Source: Laetmonice hystrix | Taxonomy: Eukaryota | Length of the DNA: 64,000 nt | Assembly: GCA_965235115.1 (NCBI GenBank) | Contig: OZ249436.1 | Coordinates: 54,190,001-54,254,000, forward strand | Direction of reading: 5' to 3' | Shown here: positions 17,627-32,065 of the stretch, piece after piece | Position numbering within the stretch: the stretch's first letter is position 1 | Layout of the letters: every line of letters starts with the position of its first letter | Notes under the pieces: model-generated | What the model saw: the letters and a program-made list of their open reading frames with translations, nothing else | Database searches by the model: none | What the model was told of the DNA's origin: nothing | Program-made: the position numbers and the translations under genes

Positions 17627-20600
17627 TCAAGGGGTGGGTCAACATTTTCTGTACGCTAGGGGGGAGGGGGTTAACACCCAATGTACGATTTTTGAAAACT
17701 ATGAAAAATGTCGATCTGTAATTGATAAGCCAAGCAGCCCACGTAACCACCTCTCCCCTTTGTGGTTCATGGGATTATTTTTTTAATGCACTTCCCAACA
17801 TCACTGACCCATTCTTCTGTTAACTGTGGTCACAAGTAATGACCTAATCTCATCCTTGGGCATCCTATATACATGTAATCCTAAAAAAAACCCACATTTT
17901 CTTATGCTTTTTTTTTTGGGGGGGGGGGGGGGCATCAAAAAGAGTACTCTTTTTACGCTTGTAAAAAATGTTGAACCACCCCTAACTTCACAAAATATTC
18001 TTGCATCTGACCATATGACCAAGAAAATTGGGATCCATCCCAATAAACATCTGCTAAAACGGGGGCATAGGAAGGCCATGAAAAGTGTGTGTGTGTGTGG
18101 GGGGGGGGGGGGCAAATGAGTCCATCACGAGGTTAGGGGGTCCGGGGGCATGCTCCCCATTGACAATTATGAAATTTTATATTTTGGTGGCATCTGGTTT
18201 TTTTAGAACACAAAATAATATGGCAGGGATGTTGAAGTTTTCTTGAGTAAAAAGTGGGGGGGGGGGCAAAAGATACTCTACCCTTCCCCCCATTTCAAAG
18301 TGAAGGGGCCATGCCCCCCTGGACCATCAGGCAGTGGCGGATCCGGGGGTGGGGGGTGGGGTGGTCGGCGACGTCCGCCCCCCCCCCCCCCTCAAATTTG
18401 CCAAATTTAATTTTTTATAACCAAAATGCCTTGTTTTCACAAGGGACCCCCCCCCCCTCGATTTGCCCTTTTTATGCTGGACCCCCCTAGAACCCCCCCC
18501 TGATTATAGACCCTAGAATAGATCAGGGGCGGATCCAGGATTTTGGAAAAGGGGGAGGGGGCGGTTGGAATTAAAAATAAAGGGGGGCCGAGCCCTGCTA
18601 GGGGGGTCCTGACGAAAGAGGGGGCCACGGCCCCCTCGCCCCCCTAAATCCGCCCTTGCCTGGTCCCCCTTTCCTGCCTCAGTCCCCTGTCGCTGGCGGG
18701 TGGGCCGTGGGCTGTGACAGTGTGAGCCGTGGCCGGTTACTGCCTGCGTTGGCCCCGGCATGACAAGAAAAGTCTGCGTGGGTCGACTCGGGACTTCGTC
18801 TTTTCTCACACAATATACAAAATGACATACTAAACAAGTGAAAAAGTCCATTAGCACATTTAGACAGATCTGAGGCAAACAATATAGTAGATCTAGGCAT
18901 ACAGCCATGGATAGGCTCAACTCGCGTCTTGCATCGTCTAACGTTACAGACTACACACGGGTACATCGCCTACACTACACCCGTCTACAGTACAATCAAG
19001 CTTTTTACTTATCGAGGTTCTTTGTTGTGCATCTTGCCACATTTGTAGAAAACAGGGGCCGAAAGGATTTCCCTATGGAAGCAAATATTTAAATAATTGC
19101 TTCCGAAAATAGATTTTACAAACACTCAGCCTTCAGGGAAGCAAATCTTAGTCTAGGCCTAGGCTAGGCAAGGGAGCCTTGGGCTTGGGAGTCAATACAA
19201 TTACAATAGCTTCCGTCAAGTTCCGATGGCAATGATCTCAATCCATGAGAAACCTACCTTTATTCATACTACAAATGTTTGCAGTCTAGTTAAAGTTGTG
19301 GACTTGTGGCTAAGAGGTGACAGGCCTTGGCCTAAAGCCCTAATAATGATCGTTGTACGAGGAGGTTTAGGTAACACATTAGGCTCTAGGCCGCCTAGAG
19401 GCCAACCTAGATGATAAGTGTTCTCTAGATCTATGTACCTAGATCGACAATGATCGCGACATGCACTCTCCGATCTTTTCAGTTTTGTAGGAAACGTTCA
19501 GACCCGCAAAGATTGCCTCTCTCAAACTGCCATTGTCAGCAAAAAACTGATTACTGACATGGCAGAACTTGTGACTACAGTTTAGAAAATGATTTTGTCA
19601 TCAGTATGATGGGTTAAACCTGAGTCTAACTACGTAGATTATAGGTCTACACCTCTGTTCTAATAGACAAAGCGTCATGATTACAATCTTCAGCGGTTAT
19701 TCGACGTCACGTTACAGAATTTCAAGCATCAAGTCAAAGTTTGTGTTTTCAAATCCAGCCGTTCTTTTCAGGATTATACTTGTGGTATGTAAGTTACCTT
19801 GACAAATTTGGTATTGAAACAAAGCTAATGTTATGGCGATTCATACTGTATTTCTTAACTTTTTTAGCTCTCAGGGGATTTTCCGTGAGTTATCGGCTAG
19901 TGTGCCGAGGCGAAAAGTTTGTGTAAAAAATTAGTTCAAACTTTCTTATTCACACTCTCGTAACAGATAAACTGTGCGTCCAGCAGAAAAGCCACATATA
20001 TGGTCTGAAAGGAAATGTTATGGGGAAGAAAATGAGACCATACTTGTTTAGATTGCATTAGGATATATTCTGTGTACACCGTGTTTTCAAAAGTCAGGCA
20101 TTTTGAAACGTTTCTAATTTTGTTTTATGACGCGCCGAGCTATAGTGTATAGGGGAGAGTCAACGGCTAGTCTACACTCTGCATGAGCATGATAATTTAG
20201 TGCAAAAAGTGTCAAAATTAAACAGTTAGTGTATATTTACCCAGCAATGGGGGCTAAAAAAGACTATCTAGACTTCGTTAGAATAATTATGAATCCAAAC
20301 AATCCTCACCCCTAGGCATACTAGTTTAATTTTTGTCTCAAAGTGGGTGTTAATTAGGTGTTGATTGGATTAGCTATTCATCCATAGGGTAGGGCGTGGT
20401 CAACGTCAAACATGGATGTGTCAGACTCAGTGACCCCAGTGCCAGTAGCATTCAATTCAGAGCAAAACATCCCAAGTTTACACCTGTCAGTGTCACTGTC
20501 AGACTACCACATCAAACGATCTACTCACAGTCACAGGCATGCATTTTATCATCAGCGCAACCAATAAAGCGATAGGTCTAGACGACTTGATAAAGAATAT

Positions 20601-20829
20601 GAGCTTTACTTTAGCTTATCCCTGCTCGCAAACTGGCCAAAGAAGGAACACTTGATGCCGCACATGTTGACAGTCATGACCCACATCGCTGACCTAGATA
20701 ATCTAAATTGGTCATGATTGGTCCTTTTTTCTACACACAAAAGAATTTATTGTTTTCATTTTTACCAACATATATTTAAGTGATGACATTTTTTAAGATT
20801 TAGCATTAAATACTGAGATTATAATTATA

Positions 20830-20955
20830 ATATGACGTACTCTGACACTGAAGTGGATGAGTTCGTTGGCGGAAGTAAAGTTAGCGGTACTCCGCACCCA
20901 GCCTGACTGCGGCCATATTGACAGCCGGACATACCGTTGACGCGAACAAGACTAA
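20830..20955 (+). promoter_or_regulatory. Putative RhoGDI promoter and non-coding exon 1
   Basis: The coding exon has an acceptor just upstream of the ATG (tttgaag, 22982). CpG-rich stretch with ETS-like GGCGGAAGT (20868) and a donor AA|GTAAGT at 20955/20956. Confidence 0.5.
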
Positions 20956-21599
20956 GTAAGTTTCGCACATTTTTGTCCGGTTTCGAGGGGTAAATCTACG
21001 CAAATAATATATGGGGAGTAAATGGAGGTTCCTTGTGTGAGAATATTTTTGATTTCAAGTCTCATCGTCTTGTATTGACCTGGAGAACAGTGTGGTAAGG
21101 AAGTGAGCGGGTACTACCCGGAAGCGGGTTGAGTGAAAGCCGGTACGGTGTCAACGGTCTAGAACCGCCCTGAGCCCGGTGGCCGGCGACCTCGGACGGT
21201 GGACGGTAGGACCTGCTACCGACCTGCTGCCCTGGAGATGAAAGATCCTCGTAAAGATCTAATTCTCCGATCTGTTTGTGTTATCAGGATTAAATAAAGG
21301 TTAATGTCAGCTACTTTATCTGATATATGCATACAAATTATAATATTACTTAGCCAACTCGTTAGCTCTGAGCCTCTGTGTTTTCAGAGCTGACGCTTAT
21401 GACATGTTATAGGTAAGGGTGGCCCAAAAGCTCACAAAAAAGCTCAAAGCTGACTTTGTTATATTGCCATCCCCAAAGCAAAAAATATATCACAAAGTTA
21501 GGAACTGTGCTTAGCTTTGCGGTGGTGTAAACCTTTAAGGCAGTAGTGTAAATCTGGATGAATAATGACAACTTTTATCCAGCGGCTCGCGCATGTTTA

Positions 21600-21936
21600 C
21601 CGGTGTCGCGGTCTGTTTTCTCTGCGGTCTGAAATCTCCGGGAGGTTAGCTGCAGAGTCGTGTGTATTTGTATCGTTATCAGTAAACTATCCGAAATATC
21701 AGGTCAGGATGGAGTCTCACGGAATAACCCCTTTCTCCTCCGTCAGTTTTGGTCCACAATTTGCCTATCCAGGCTGTCGTTCATTACTGTTTGGAAGAAA
21801 ACTCCATCAGCTAGCAGACGACCGGAGGTGTGAAGCCAAAGTGCGACACGCACGTGCTCACCCCGTCTGGGTCGGCCTCTATACATCGGTCGGTCGGAGA
21901 TTACAGACCGGCGGAGAAAACAGACCGCGACACTGG
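21600..21936 (+). mobile_element. MITE in RhoGDI first (UTR) intron
   Basis: TIR CC(G/A)GTGTCGCGGTCTGTTTTCTC at both ends, preceded by TA. Confidence 0.8.
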
Positions 21937-22987
21937 GCGGCGCCATTTTGCCTGTCTCGCAGGAAGGCGTTTCACTAACGTTGATTTTCGCCAATATCGC
22001 CAGCTTTCACCAACACCGGGACGTTAGCTGGCGACAGTGTTAGTGAAACGGTCTGAAGGAATCATCGCCATGCACGCCAAATTTGGCGGGAATTATATTC
22101 CCCAAAATTAGCGATCACCGATCTTAGTGAAATGGGCCCCAGGCATTACGACATCTCAAATCGGTGGAGCATTCATTTTGCGACGTTGGCCCTTCTGGAA
22201 CGCTCTAGACCGCAGTGGTATAGAGTTGTTAACGGGTATTAATTCATTTAGAATGAACTCTACCTAGGCCAAGGTCCAGCAGGACGTCGATATCGCCGGT
22301 GCACCCCATGCTCGATCAAATGGCGCGGACTGGCTAACAGACAAAGTTAGTTAGCAGCGTTGGCATTATGAGCTGCTCGTAGCAGAACTTCCAGGGATTG
22401 GGGAGAGATTTTACTCATAACCTCCCCACAGAGTTTCCACTGTGTGGCTGTGAAATAAAGAATAGCTCACTACCTTTTCATTTGCCAACCTTTGGAGAAG
22501 TACACTGTACAGCAGAGATCAGATGCCTGATCCCCATTTTCAGTCCAGTCTACAGCCTGCATTGGGTAGGCTAAAATGAATGGATATTGTAATGGAGTGC
22601 ATATAGCATACAAATGCACACACTTTGTGGTTTGAAAAGAGCAGGGGCTTACTTTGCACTCCTCTATGGCCATATCATATGGAGTAGTGTCTGCATTGTC
22701 ATCACAGTTCAAAGTAGAAGAGCATAATGCAATCTTCGGGTACAAATTGGCTGTCAGTTTGCAATTTGAACGTATTAATTTTGAACCCTAAATACTCAGA
22801 CCTTCAAAGGCTTTCCTAGACTCTCATTGAGGATCCTGTGACCCTCATTCCTTGCCAGTCATCCTGTTTTGAAGCCTGGGCTATCCTTTTGCAGGGTATC
22901 TATGTCAAACTGCACTGTGGAACCGTGTTTGAGATGACTGTACATTTCTTACTAATCACAAGGTTTTTTGGTTTGTTTGAAGACAAG

Positions 22988-25470
22988 ATGGCTGAACAAC
23001 CAGAGCAGCAGCATGTGGAGGACGAGGACGTCTCTGACGTGCCTGGATACAAACCACCCGCACAGAAAACAATGAACGAGATTCTACAGCAGGACCAGGA
23101 TGATGAGAGTCTGCGCAAGTATAAGGAGGCCTTGCTTGGGGCTGACCCAGCTAAGGTCATTGTGTGTAAGTATACAATATCAGGATTCAGTTCTAACCAA
23201 AAGGGTGCTCTGGAACTTTGAGAATTAAGCTAAATAAGTGGAAAAATATTCTGGAGGTCAGCAGGGAAGAATTCTTAGAAAACACTTTTATAATAAAGGG
23301 TCAGAGTTGAAACACGTAGGCTTAATGCAGGTCTATGCTGACAACTCTACACTGAGAACTTATTTACAAACTGGTATTATTGATTTAAAATATATCGTTT
23401 TTTTTTTTCAGTCCCGGAAGATCCACGACATGTAGTCGTCCAGAAGCTAGCACTCGTTGTTGAGGGACGCCCAGATGTGGAATTGGATTTGACAGGTGTC
23501 AAAAGTGGCAAAAGTGGCAAACGAGGCTAGAAATGCTTTTTTCACTTACATTAAACAGCTCTTTGTTGACATGGCTCTAGAAACACAATATTTTAAATCC
23601 CTATGCTGAAATTTATGTCCGAAGTTACTTAAGAATTTAATGTTTTGGCTGTTAAAGCAATTTTTGAAATGACCTCATGAAAGGTAGGTTTGATGCCGTT
23701 GACACTAGAGCTGTTAGATTAAGGCACTTCATGAAGATGAGGTTGCACATTGTGAAAAACTAATCCAACATGCATGGTTTTACCAACCCACAGGCAGGAG
23801 CCAGCATGAGGGCTTGCTTCTTTTGTTCAGGTGCCATTAGTCTCATTTGATACATGTGTCATTACCTATATATGACAATGTGATTGTTGGTGTTGCGTTT
23901 GTGCTGTAGAGTGGAAAGTTTGGCATAAGTGATCAATTGATTGGCCATCTAAATTAATTTCCTATATTATAAGTTAAAAAGTCTAAGAGGAGCTTTTTAT
24001 TTAAGAAAAAGGGAAGTACATTTTACACTACCTTAGCTTTTACTAGTTCACTCTCCTTGCTGGAACTCTAAAACAGCACTTGTCAGCGAGATGGAGTTTC
24101 CATGACAAAATAGCAAATAACAGATTCAGCACAAAATGTCTTTGAAAGAAAATTATTTTCCATACTATTTAAAGAGGCAGTTAGTCTTTTATGAGACCTT
24201 CTATGCCTATGGATTGAGTTTTCACAAATGTCGTAAATTTAGTGTAGAATAAAAAGTGGTAATTTTTCACCAAATGACCCATAGTTAACACGTCCCACAT
24301 GGCATCCCGTCTAAGTCAGAACATCATTTGGAACAAACTTATCTGATGCAAACACAATTGGCAGTATCTCCCTGTTGAAGGTGCAGTTAGTCATGATCTT
24401 TGTGAATGTGTGGTCGGTTTTTGATGCGATAGGTCCGAGCATGCTTGATATAAATTATAATGTGCCCTTATCTAACAGTTTCCCATGAATTCACTGATGT
24501 TTCTGTTTGGTTGCATGAATTGCATGTATTTGAAGTAGGAGCCTGGGGCAGGTTGCACTAACGGTCCTATGGGTTAGGACTGAATTTAGGACCAGTCCTG
24601 AGTGTCATGCCCCCCAAGCACTTCATATCTATCCGAGTTTCAATAGCCCTTGAGATATATAAAAGTTGACGAATTACATTTAAATTATGGATATTGGCCC
24701 CTGTTTAATGGTACTAAATTCAGTCCTAACCCGTAGGACCGTTAGTGCAACCCGCCCCTGCATGTCATTTAGGACATGGATAAAGTTAATTTTTAACAGA
24801 ATCTTATAATAACCATTGAAATTGAAGTAAAGTAATGTCTATTACACAAATCTAAATTATTGGTGAAATGAAAGGAATAGTGTATTTATGGGATTATTCA
24901 GGCCCATCTGTAATCAATACATTAAATATGTGAAATTCTTGCCTGACATTTTCTTTTTTTCCAAATTTTTAGGTGGTGCTGAAAATTTAAAGAAGAAACC
25001 ATTTATCCTGAAGGAAGGGTGCCAGTACAGAGTGAAAATCTACTTCTATGTGCAGCGTGAGATTGTGACAGGCCTTAAGTACCTCCAAAAGAGCTACCGT
25101 GCTGGAAGCATACCAGGTACTCCTCCATTTATGTACTTTAGTTTGTTTGTTTTGGTTTATTTTCCGGAAATTTACAAAGCCTGTTAGTCTTCTGAAAAAA
25201 AGGTCTTACTTGACCCAGTTTACATGTGAATGTTTGACCTGATTCACATCTGAATGTTTGACCTCATTTGCAGTGGATAAGACAAGTTTCATGGTAGGAT
25301 CCTACCCCCCCAAGAGTGAGGTGCACACGTACACGACACCTCTGGAAGATGCCCCAGCAGGGATGATATCGCGCGGCACTTACACCATCAAGTCTACATT
25401 CACAGATGATGACAAGAACGAGCATGTAAAGTGGGAGTGGTGTCTAGAGATCAAGAAGGATTGGGACTGA
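22988..25470 (+). CDS. ARHGDIA: Rho GDP-dissociation inhibitor (RhoGDI), 4 coding exons, 200 aa
   Basis: Exons 22988-23165, 23412-23495, 24973-25116, 25274-25470 (603 nt, GT-AG introns). Motifs: [125 protein letters not shown]. The symbol names the family; it is probably co-orthologous to vertebrate ARHGDIA/B/G. Confidence 0.96.
24546..24757. mobile_element. PIF/Harbinger-like MITE in RhoGDI intron
   Basis: About 45-bp TIR GGGC(A/G)GGTTGCACTAACGGTCCTA.GGGTTAGGACTGAATTTAG; 3-bp TSD CTG. Confidence 0.88.
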
Positions 25471-26289
25471 ATATGTGGCCATACTCTCCTCTTCTTGCCG
25501 GTGCTGGATGCTCTGATGGCTATGCATCTTTGTGGGAACTTACACCATGAAATATCAAAACTTGAGACCATAAAACATCAAACAAAAATTTTGTCAAGTA
25601 ATTAGCCAACCCAAGAAAGGATTTGACGTGGGTGTTTTTCTTGAAAGCATGTATTATCGACCAACCCTCAGGTGCCAAACACATTGATCATTTCAACACG
25701 GCTTTTCTCCCTCAAGGACCAACTGCCACAGGAGCACCAGCACAAGCTAAAAGTTGGACACCATCAATTGCCTCATTACACTGGTCACGAGCTTCATGTT
25801 GCATAGATCCCATGGGAACAAACTTGACAAGAACGAGGGAAAAAATGGAATACTATGTGGGGAAAAGATGATAACTAAAAGGGTCATATAGTACATATGT
25901 TGTGTCAAACATATAAGGTTAAGTATGCCTTGCACGTTTTCGTTGGAATCCAGAAACTAAATTTTGAGATCAGGTATTAACAGTATTGACGTTTGTATCT
26001 TTTTGACATGCTGACTGTGATCTACTTTATAAAAAGTATGTCGGGCCGATTATAACTGTTGACCTCAAAGTTGTATAGATATGTACTGGGTAATTCTTTC
26101 TCTATCACGTTCGGCAAACCCTGGCCATGTACATCTGTAGCAAGCACTCGGTCAAGGACATTCAAGTACCGGAATCGTTTTCTTTGAATCGAGCTTTCAG
26201 TAGTGTTAAAGGCTTCTTTGTGTAAGATGTAAGATAAGAAAGTACTGAAGGTCACAATGTGTGGTAATTGAATTGATGTAACTTGCAGG

Positions 26290-26420
26290 ATTAATGGTCG
26301 AAGCCCGAGGACCATGATCACAGGGCCCTCGCCTCTGGGGGTTGAATCCCCTGTATGCCTCATTTGGTACTTATGACAAGGTTTTTCCTGTGTACTCTGG
26401 TTTTCTCCCTCATTCAAACT
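26290..26420 (+). mobile_element. Decayed tRNA-derived SINE in probable RhoGDI 3' UTR
   Basis: B-box-like GGGTTGAATCCC (26338) followed by ggtttttcctgtgtactctggttttctcc, resembling the reverse complement of the core at 32290-32320. Confidence 0.5.
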
Positions 26421-29319
26421 GACTGCATCTTGAACTCTCCTCAGGCTCTTTACAAGGTGGCCAGAATTTTGGCCATAGCCTGGCCCCAAATTCTTGACTG
26501 TTGAAGATGCTTGTTGTGGTGTTTGTAGTTTTGATAAGCGACGACGTGCCCCATTTCTGGCGTGGCAAGGGCATGGGGCTACACGTACATTTAGTGTCAG
26601 TTGAGTAAAACATTCCTTTGTGCTCCCTGATATAAGCCTCGTGCTTTCTGTCATACACAAAGCAATTTATAAGATAACCCTGGGCCAACTAATTAAAAAT
26701 CTGGGCCTGTTTTATGTTAACTACCGATATGTATACATACTAGTGATCAGTACAGCCTGGTCTGTATTCGTCCTTATCCTCAACATGCTACATTTCTTGA
26801 AACCCTCATGCTAACTTCAGATTTTACGTGATAGATGTGACATTTTCTTTCACGTCGTGTAATATGTAAGAGCCCATTGCCGATGGGCGACAATTTTCAA
26901 GTTTCTGGATACCAACAAAAACGTGAATGAGACTCATTTTGCATTCTGGTATATGCAAAGCTTCTTGCTAAGTTGAAGTAAAGCCTTTACTGAACCAAAA
27001 TTCTATTTGCTGAACATATATGATTAAGAATTGTACAATCTTGTGTATTTTCAAAGTCGTTTGTCTCTTTTATTTTTGTTATATCTAGGTAGATGTATCT
27101 TTTTTTCCATAAAAAATCAGCCAGGTCACCCTTTTAGTAGCTTCCGAGATCAACTTATAATTGCCCAGACTATTTTGTAAGAGGGGGCAGAGAGCAGTGA
27201 TTGTGATGATAATACAGGTATATGAATACTTAAAAAAAAAATCACCATAGGGGGATTCTGCACACATTTTTCTGTCTATTGTGAAGATTATACCAAGCCG
27301 TTTGCATTTCTAACCCCCCTTTTAACCTGTATTTTCTTGTAAGTTGGGGGGGGGGGATTCTGCCCAGGATGTTACAAACCAGCGACTTAAATCACTTAAT
27401 GGTTTGTTTGAATTTTATAATATTATGCATTGTTTATCCCAATGAAAGTTTTTGTATAAATTATGAGGTAAAGATATAGCTGGTTTCCCTGTCGTGTTTT
27501 TTGTAAAACACAAGGTACAAGTCGCACTCAGTGGATTGGGCTGAAAGTGGACGCTGTCACAAGAAGATAGGAGCCAAAAGGTTGTGGGTCCCATGCAGTC
27601 AGGTCTTTTGTGATTGTTAATATTCTTGAAGGATTTAAACATTTCTTCTGACAGTCAAATCCCCATGCTGCTTTCATATTTTGTCAAAAGGCATTTTTGG
27701 AGAAGATGTTATTTTGTTTTGTTTAAAGAGCAGTCCGCATAATTTTGGTATGATGGAAAAAGATGTGCAAAGTACCGGTATGCCTAACAGTGAAGCGATT
27801 GAGAGGTGTGTAATTAGGTCAGACTGTAATAGTGATACATGTTAGCGTTGGGCTTGGCCTCTTGTGGGGTAGTCCAGTGCCTTTAATACCACTCCGTAAC
27901 TTCTTGAAGGCATGTAGCATAGAACTTGGATGGCTGTGAAGTAGCGGTTATGGTTCAAAGCAGACACTGAAGTATTGTTCATGTAGTGAGTTTGACTTTG
28001 TGCATAACTGTTAGTCCGAGGTCATGTGACGACACTGACAGGTTTACGGGGAGGAGTTGAAACCTCAGAACACTGGGGATGATTGAGCCAAAGGTTTGCT
28101 TCGTGAGAGACAGCAGGAACTTAGAAGTTTTGTGACATGAAGGGGATGGGGTACCTCTTCTATATCCACAGTGGTGCTTAATTAGCATGGAGATTAATTG
28201 GCTTAATTATGAAAGTTGCCGTGAGGGGAACTTCGGTTAAACCCAGCAGATCATCCCACCTATTCCCACACCTGTGACACCATTCTCAGCACATTGATCA
28301 CATCCCCCTGGCGGCAACTGTTCAAATTATCATTGATAGGTACTTATGATACTACAGAAAATCGTACAAAACAAGGAGTGTAAGCGATTGGTGATTACAG
28401 CTGATGTAAGCTTCCCACAGAGTCTGACGCTGCTGACTTTAATTTTAAGACGTGCACGATTTGCACCATTGTGTATCGCATGTACACATAGTGACGTGTC
28501 GCTGCGCTAATGTACTGTGCTATCGATCAATAGAAATAAATTCTTTCCATATACAATGATACTGGTCTAATCACATCTTGATGCTGTTGTATAAACAGAA
28601 ACTTACCTTTTGTGACGATCCAAAGTCGGCTTGTGTTGACCTTGACGTCCATTAAAGGTCGTTTGTATAGACTTAGTTTAGGCATAGCCTAGATCTACTC
28701 GATGCATTTAGGTTCACCTAGTCAATAGCCTCACAAGAATTTCCGAACTAACTTGTCGGAATTTTTAGGATAAGATCGAATTCTAGAGGCCTAGCCTACT
28801 ACAGTGCTATTTGTTGTCTGTCTGTAAAGTGGGCTTAAAGTTAAAACGCTAGGCTTATATCCTTCTGATGATAGTACTTAGTAGAAAGGGAAACTGGAAA
28901 GAGAGTTGTGTTTTCACAATACCAGAAATTCAAGAGACTTTAGAATATCTGCAGACAGACTAAATATAAGATATTAGATAGGCCTATACCCAGTAATCGG
29001 GATATATTAAATACAAAACGCTTTCACAAGAAGGCGTAGATCTAACGGTTAGTCCATGAGCCAGATAGGTTGATCGGTACCAGTTTGGGGGGCAAATTGT
29101 CACTAGTACCATCTTGTAGTACTACCCAAAGGTAAATAAATTTGGTATGATAGACATTCCAAAGTAGTAGCTTAATCACTGTTTTACAGTGTTACATTTT
29201 ACCAAGATATGCCCCCATTAATACAAAGGATTTAGCTTATAACACTCGTAACCATGTATCAGGAATGGCCATAACGGGTTCTATACTTCCTATGAAGCAT
29301 AGAATTACTTCCTATCCAA

Positions 29320-29552
29320 CAGGGGCGGATCCAGGATTTTGGAAAGGGGGGGGGGTGGTTGAAAAAGGGGGGCTGAGCCCTGCTAGGGGGGGGGGCGGGG
29401 GCATGCTCCCCGGAAATTTTGAACATTTATAGAGTCTCTGAAATGGTATTTCCTGCATTCTAAGGAAGCAAAATGTTTGCTTTTACAGTTGCAAACAACA
29501 CAATTTTGCTTTTTTTCTGATTGGTACCCCTCGCCCCCTAAATCCGCCCCTG
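29320..29552. mobile_element. G-tract MITE with 5-bp TSD (related copy at about 18524-18658)
   Basis: TIR CAGGGGCGGAT; TSD TCCAA at 29315-19 and 29553-57. Confidence 0.85.
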
Positions 29553-29669
29553 TCCAATACTATTTGGTGTAAGATTCAGATAAAATTTGTATTTGCATCT
29601 CTGAGATTTACTTTTGTATCATTTTGGATGATAGTACATGAATTCAATATGAAATTTTCCGTCTGGTTA

Positions 29670-30395
29670 AGCTGTATCCTCACTGGACGCGTGCGACGCG
29701 AGCGACGCGAGCGACGCGCGCGTTTTTTTTAAGAAGTAATGGAAATGAATTGAGCCATCTGCACTGGCCGCGCGCGACGCGCGCGTCATTTTTTGTGACG
29801 CGCGCGTCGCGACACCGATAGGACTGGTTCTATTTTTGTCGCGCTACGCGCGCGACAAAAGACATCTTGACCAATCAAAAGTGAGATCTACGACCTTGAA
29901 CTTTGTTCAAGAGTGTCAAGAGACTAATATACACCTATACACGCCTATAGCCTACTCATTTTTAATTAATTTTAACACTGACGGTGTATCTCATGGAAGC
30001 CCCGAGCTATTATGTAGGCCTATAGGCCTACCTCTAGAACTCTCATTCAAGAGCATGAGCTTTAATTCGTAATGCAAACAATTATGAATTGCTTTCCTGT
30101 GCCCCCTCCCCCTTTAGGCTTTAGTGATATCCGGGACCCGCAATTGATAGACGGGCATAATGTAAATACCTCTATGTTCCTAGGCCCGTAGCCGATACGC
30201 AGACGTATCACGCGCATCTGGTGAAGAAAGAAAAAATATCGCGCCGCATTACTTCTATTTTAGAAGTAATGGAAATGAATGGAGCCATCTGCACTTCGCG
30301 CGCGCGACATTTTTTGTGACGCGCTCCATTCATTTCCATTACTTTAAAAAACGCGCGCGTCGCTCGCGTCGCACGCGTCCAGTGAGGATACAGCT
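29670..30395. mobile_element. PIF/Harbinger-like MITE with CpG-rich long TIRs
   Basis: TIR AGCTGTATCCTCACTGGACGCGTGCGACGCGAGCGACGCG...; flanks TTA and TCA. Confidence 0.85.
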
Positions 30396-30409
30396 TCAGC
30401 CCTTTCCTA

Positions 30410-32058
30410 CGAAGACGCTGGCATTAATACAAAGAAACGTGATGTAAAGACATCTTGTTACATAAGGAACTCCTCGAGAACTTGAAACTGGTGAAAAACA
30501 ATAAAACACCTGGCTCTGATGGTCTCCCTGCTGAATTTTACAAATTCTTCTGGACAGACACCAATAACCTTGTCTTTTCCTCAATAAATTATGCCTACTC
30601 TGCTGGACATCTTTCTATGGAGCAGAAGCGTGGAGTCATAACCCTAATCCCCAAAAGGGCAAAAATAAACTATTCATAACTAACTGGAGACCTATCTCTC
30701 TCCTTAATACCGACTATTGCTAAAACACTCACTGCTCGTCTCTGTGCCATTTTACCAGATATTATTAGCGCGGATCAGACCGCTTATATCAAAGGTCGTT
30801 TCATTGGTGAACATATCCGTGTGATATACACGATATACTGTCCATTGCACAAACACGCGGATTATCCTGCATTATAACTACGGTCGATTTTGAAAAGGCT
30901 TTCCATACTGTCTCCTGGACCTTCATTAATAAAACCCTTCAGGCCTTTTATTTTGGCCCTATTTTCCATAACTAGCTTCCATAGCTTCTAACATAAGAAA
31001 AGATAAAGATGTAAAAGGTGTCTTTAGAAATGATTACGAAATTAAAATTACTCAAGCTGCTGATGATACTACACTAATTCTCCTTGATTGTGAGTCCCTA
31101 AAGAATGCTCCTAAAATCTTAGACTTATTTTTCTAATGCGCAGGCTTAAAAATTAACTTAAACAAAACGGTGGCAAAATGGATCAATGCTCCACCAAATA
31201 TAAACGCCCAATCTTTTTGGTATTATATGGACCAACGGAAATATACAGTTCACTGGTGTTACTTTTGTACGCAATGAGTTTGAATCATACAAGATAAAGA
31301 TAAACTTCGAAACTAAGATCACTAATCTCCGTAACTTACTTAACTTTTTGCGTCAGAGAAATCTCTAAATAAAAGGAAAGATCACTGTAATTAATTCGCT
31401 TGCCATCTCTCCTTTTATTTATATGGCTTAAATAATTAGCGTAGCCAAAAATGTTATCGTTGAAGTAGAAGAACTGTTATATGACTTTTTATGGAGTGGT
31501 GGTAGGTCAAAAGTTGCCAAAGGTGTCAGCACTTAAACGATAGATAATGGTGGTTTGAAAATGGTGGATTTTAACAGGTAAGCCAGGTCTCACAAAACCA
31601 TTCCATTTTTTCCAATATACAGATATTGTGACTTGAAAGCGCTGCCTCCCTTTTATAGGGAGTTATTAACCTTCTGGAACGATATAAAGAATGTTAACCC
31701 CACCAATCGGGAACATTATTCTCAAACAATATATTTGGAATAACAATTCTCTATTAATTGGCAAAAAACCCTTTTGTTGGAAACAGTGGATTAATATGGG
31801 TGTACTTTACATTTCTGACTTACTTTTGTTGGAAACAGTGGATTAATATGGGTGTACTTTACATTTCTGACTTACTAACACCTGACTCTGGCTTTATGTC
31901 ACATACTGATCTCCATACCAAGGGAGTCCGATGTAACTTTCTAGACATATTACAAATACGTCAATGTATACCCTTTGAGTGGAAGGTTATCCTATTTTTA
32001 AAGATTCCAACGAATGTTTTAATATAAGTCATGACAAAATCTATATCTTATCCTATGA
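30410..32058 (+). pseudogene. Decayed non-LTR retrotransposon (Tx1/L1 clade) ORF2 / reverse transcriptase fragment
   Basis: KTPGSDGLPAEFYKFFW, NWRPISLLNTDY, DQTAYIKGRFIGEHIR, DFEKAF, QAADDTT, GLKINLNKT, GGLKMVDF; many stops and frameshifts. Confidence 0.9.
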
Positions 32059-32065
32059 CATCATT

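Noticed and set aside
21565..21978. 137-aa ORF upstream of RhoGDI
   Set aside because: Lies almost entirely within a MITE.
26022..26660. 212-aa minus-strand ORF
   Set aside because: No recognisable motif; antisense to the probable RhoGDI 3' UTR and runs through a SINE remnant.
28865..28895. Hammerhead ribozyme core (CTGATGA...GAAA)
   Set aside because: The intervening sequence cannot form stem II and flanking stems are absent; the same applies at 54896 and 62851.
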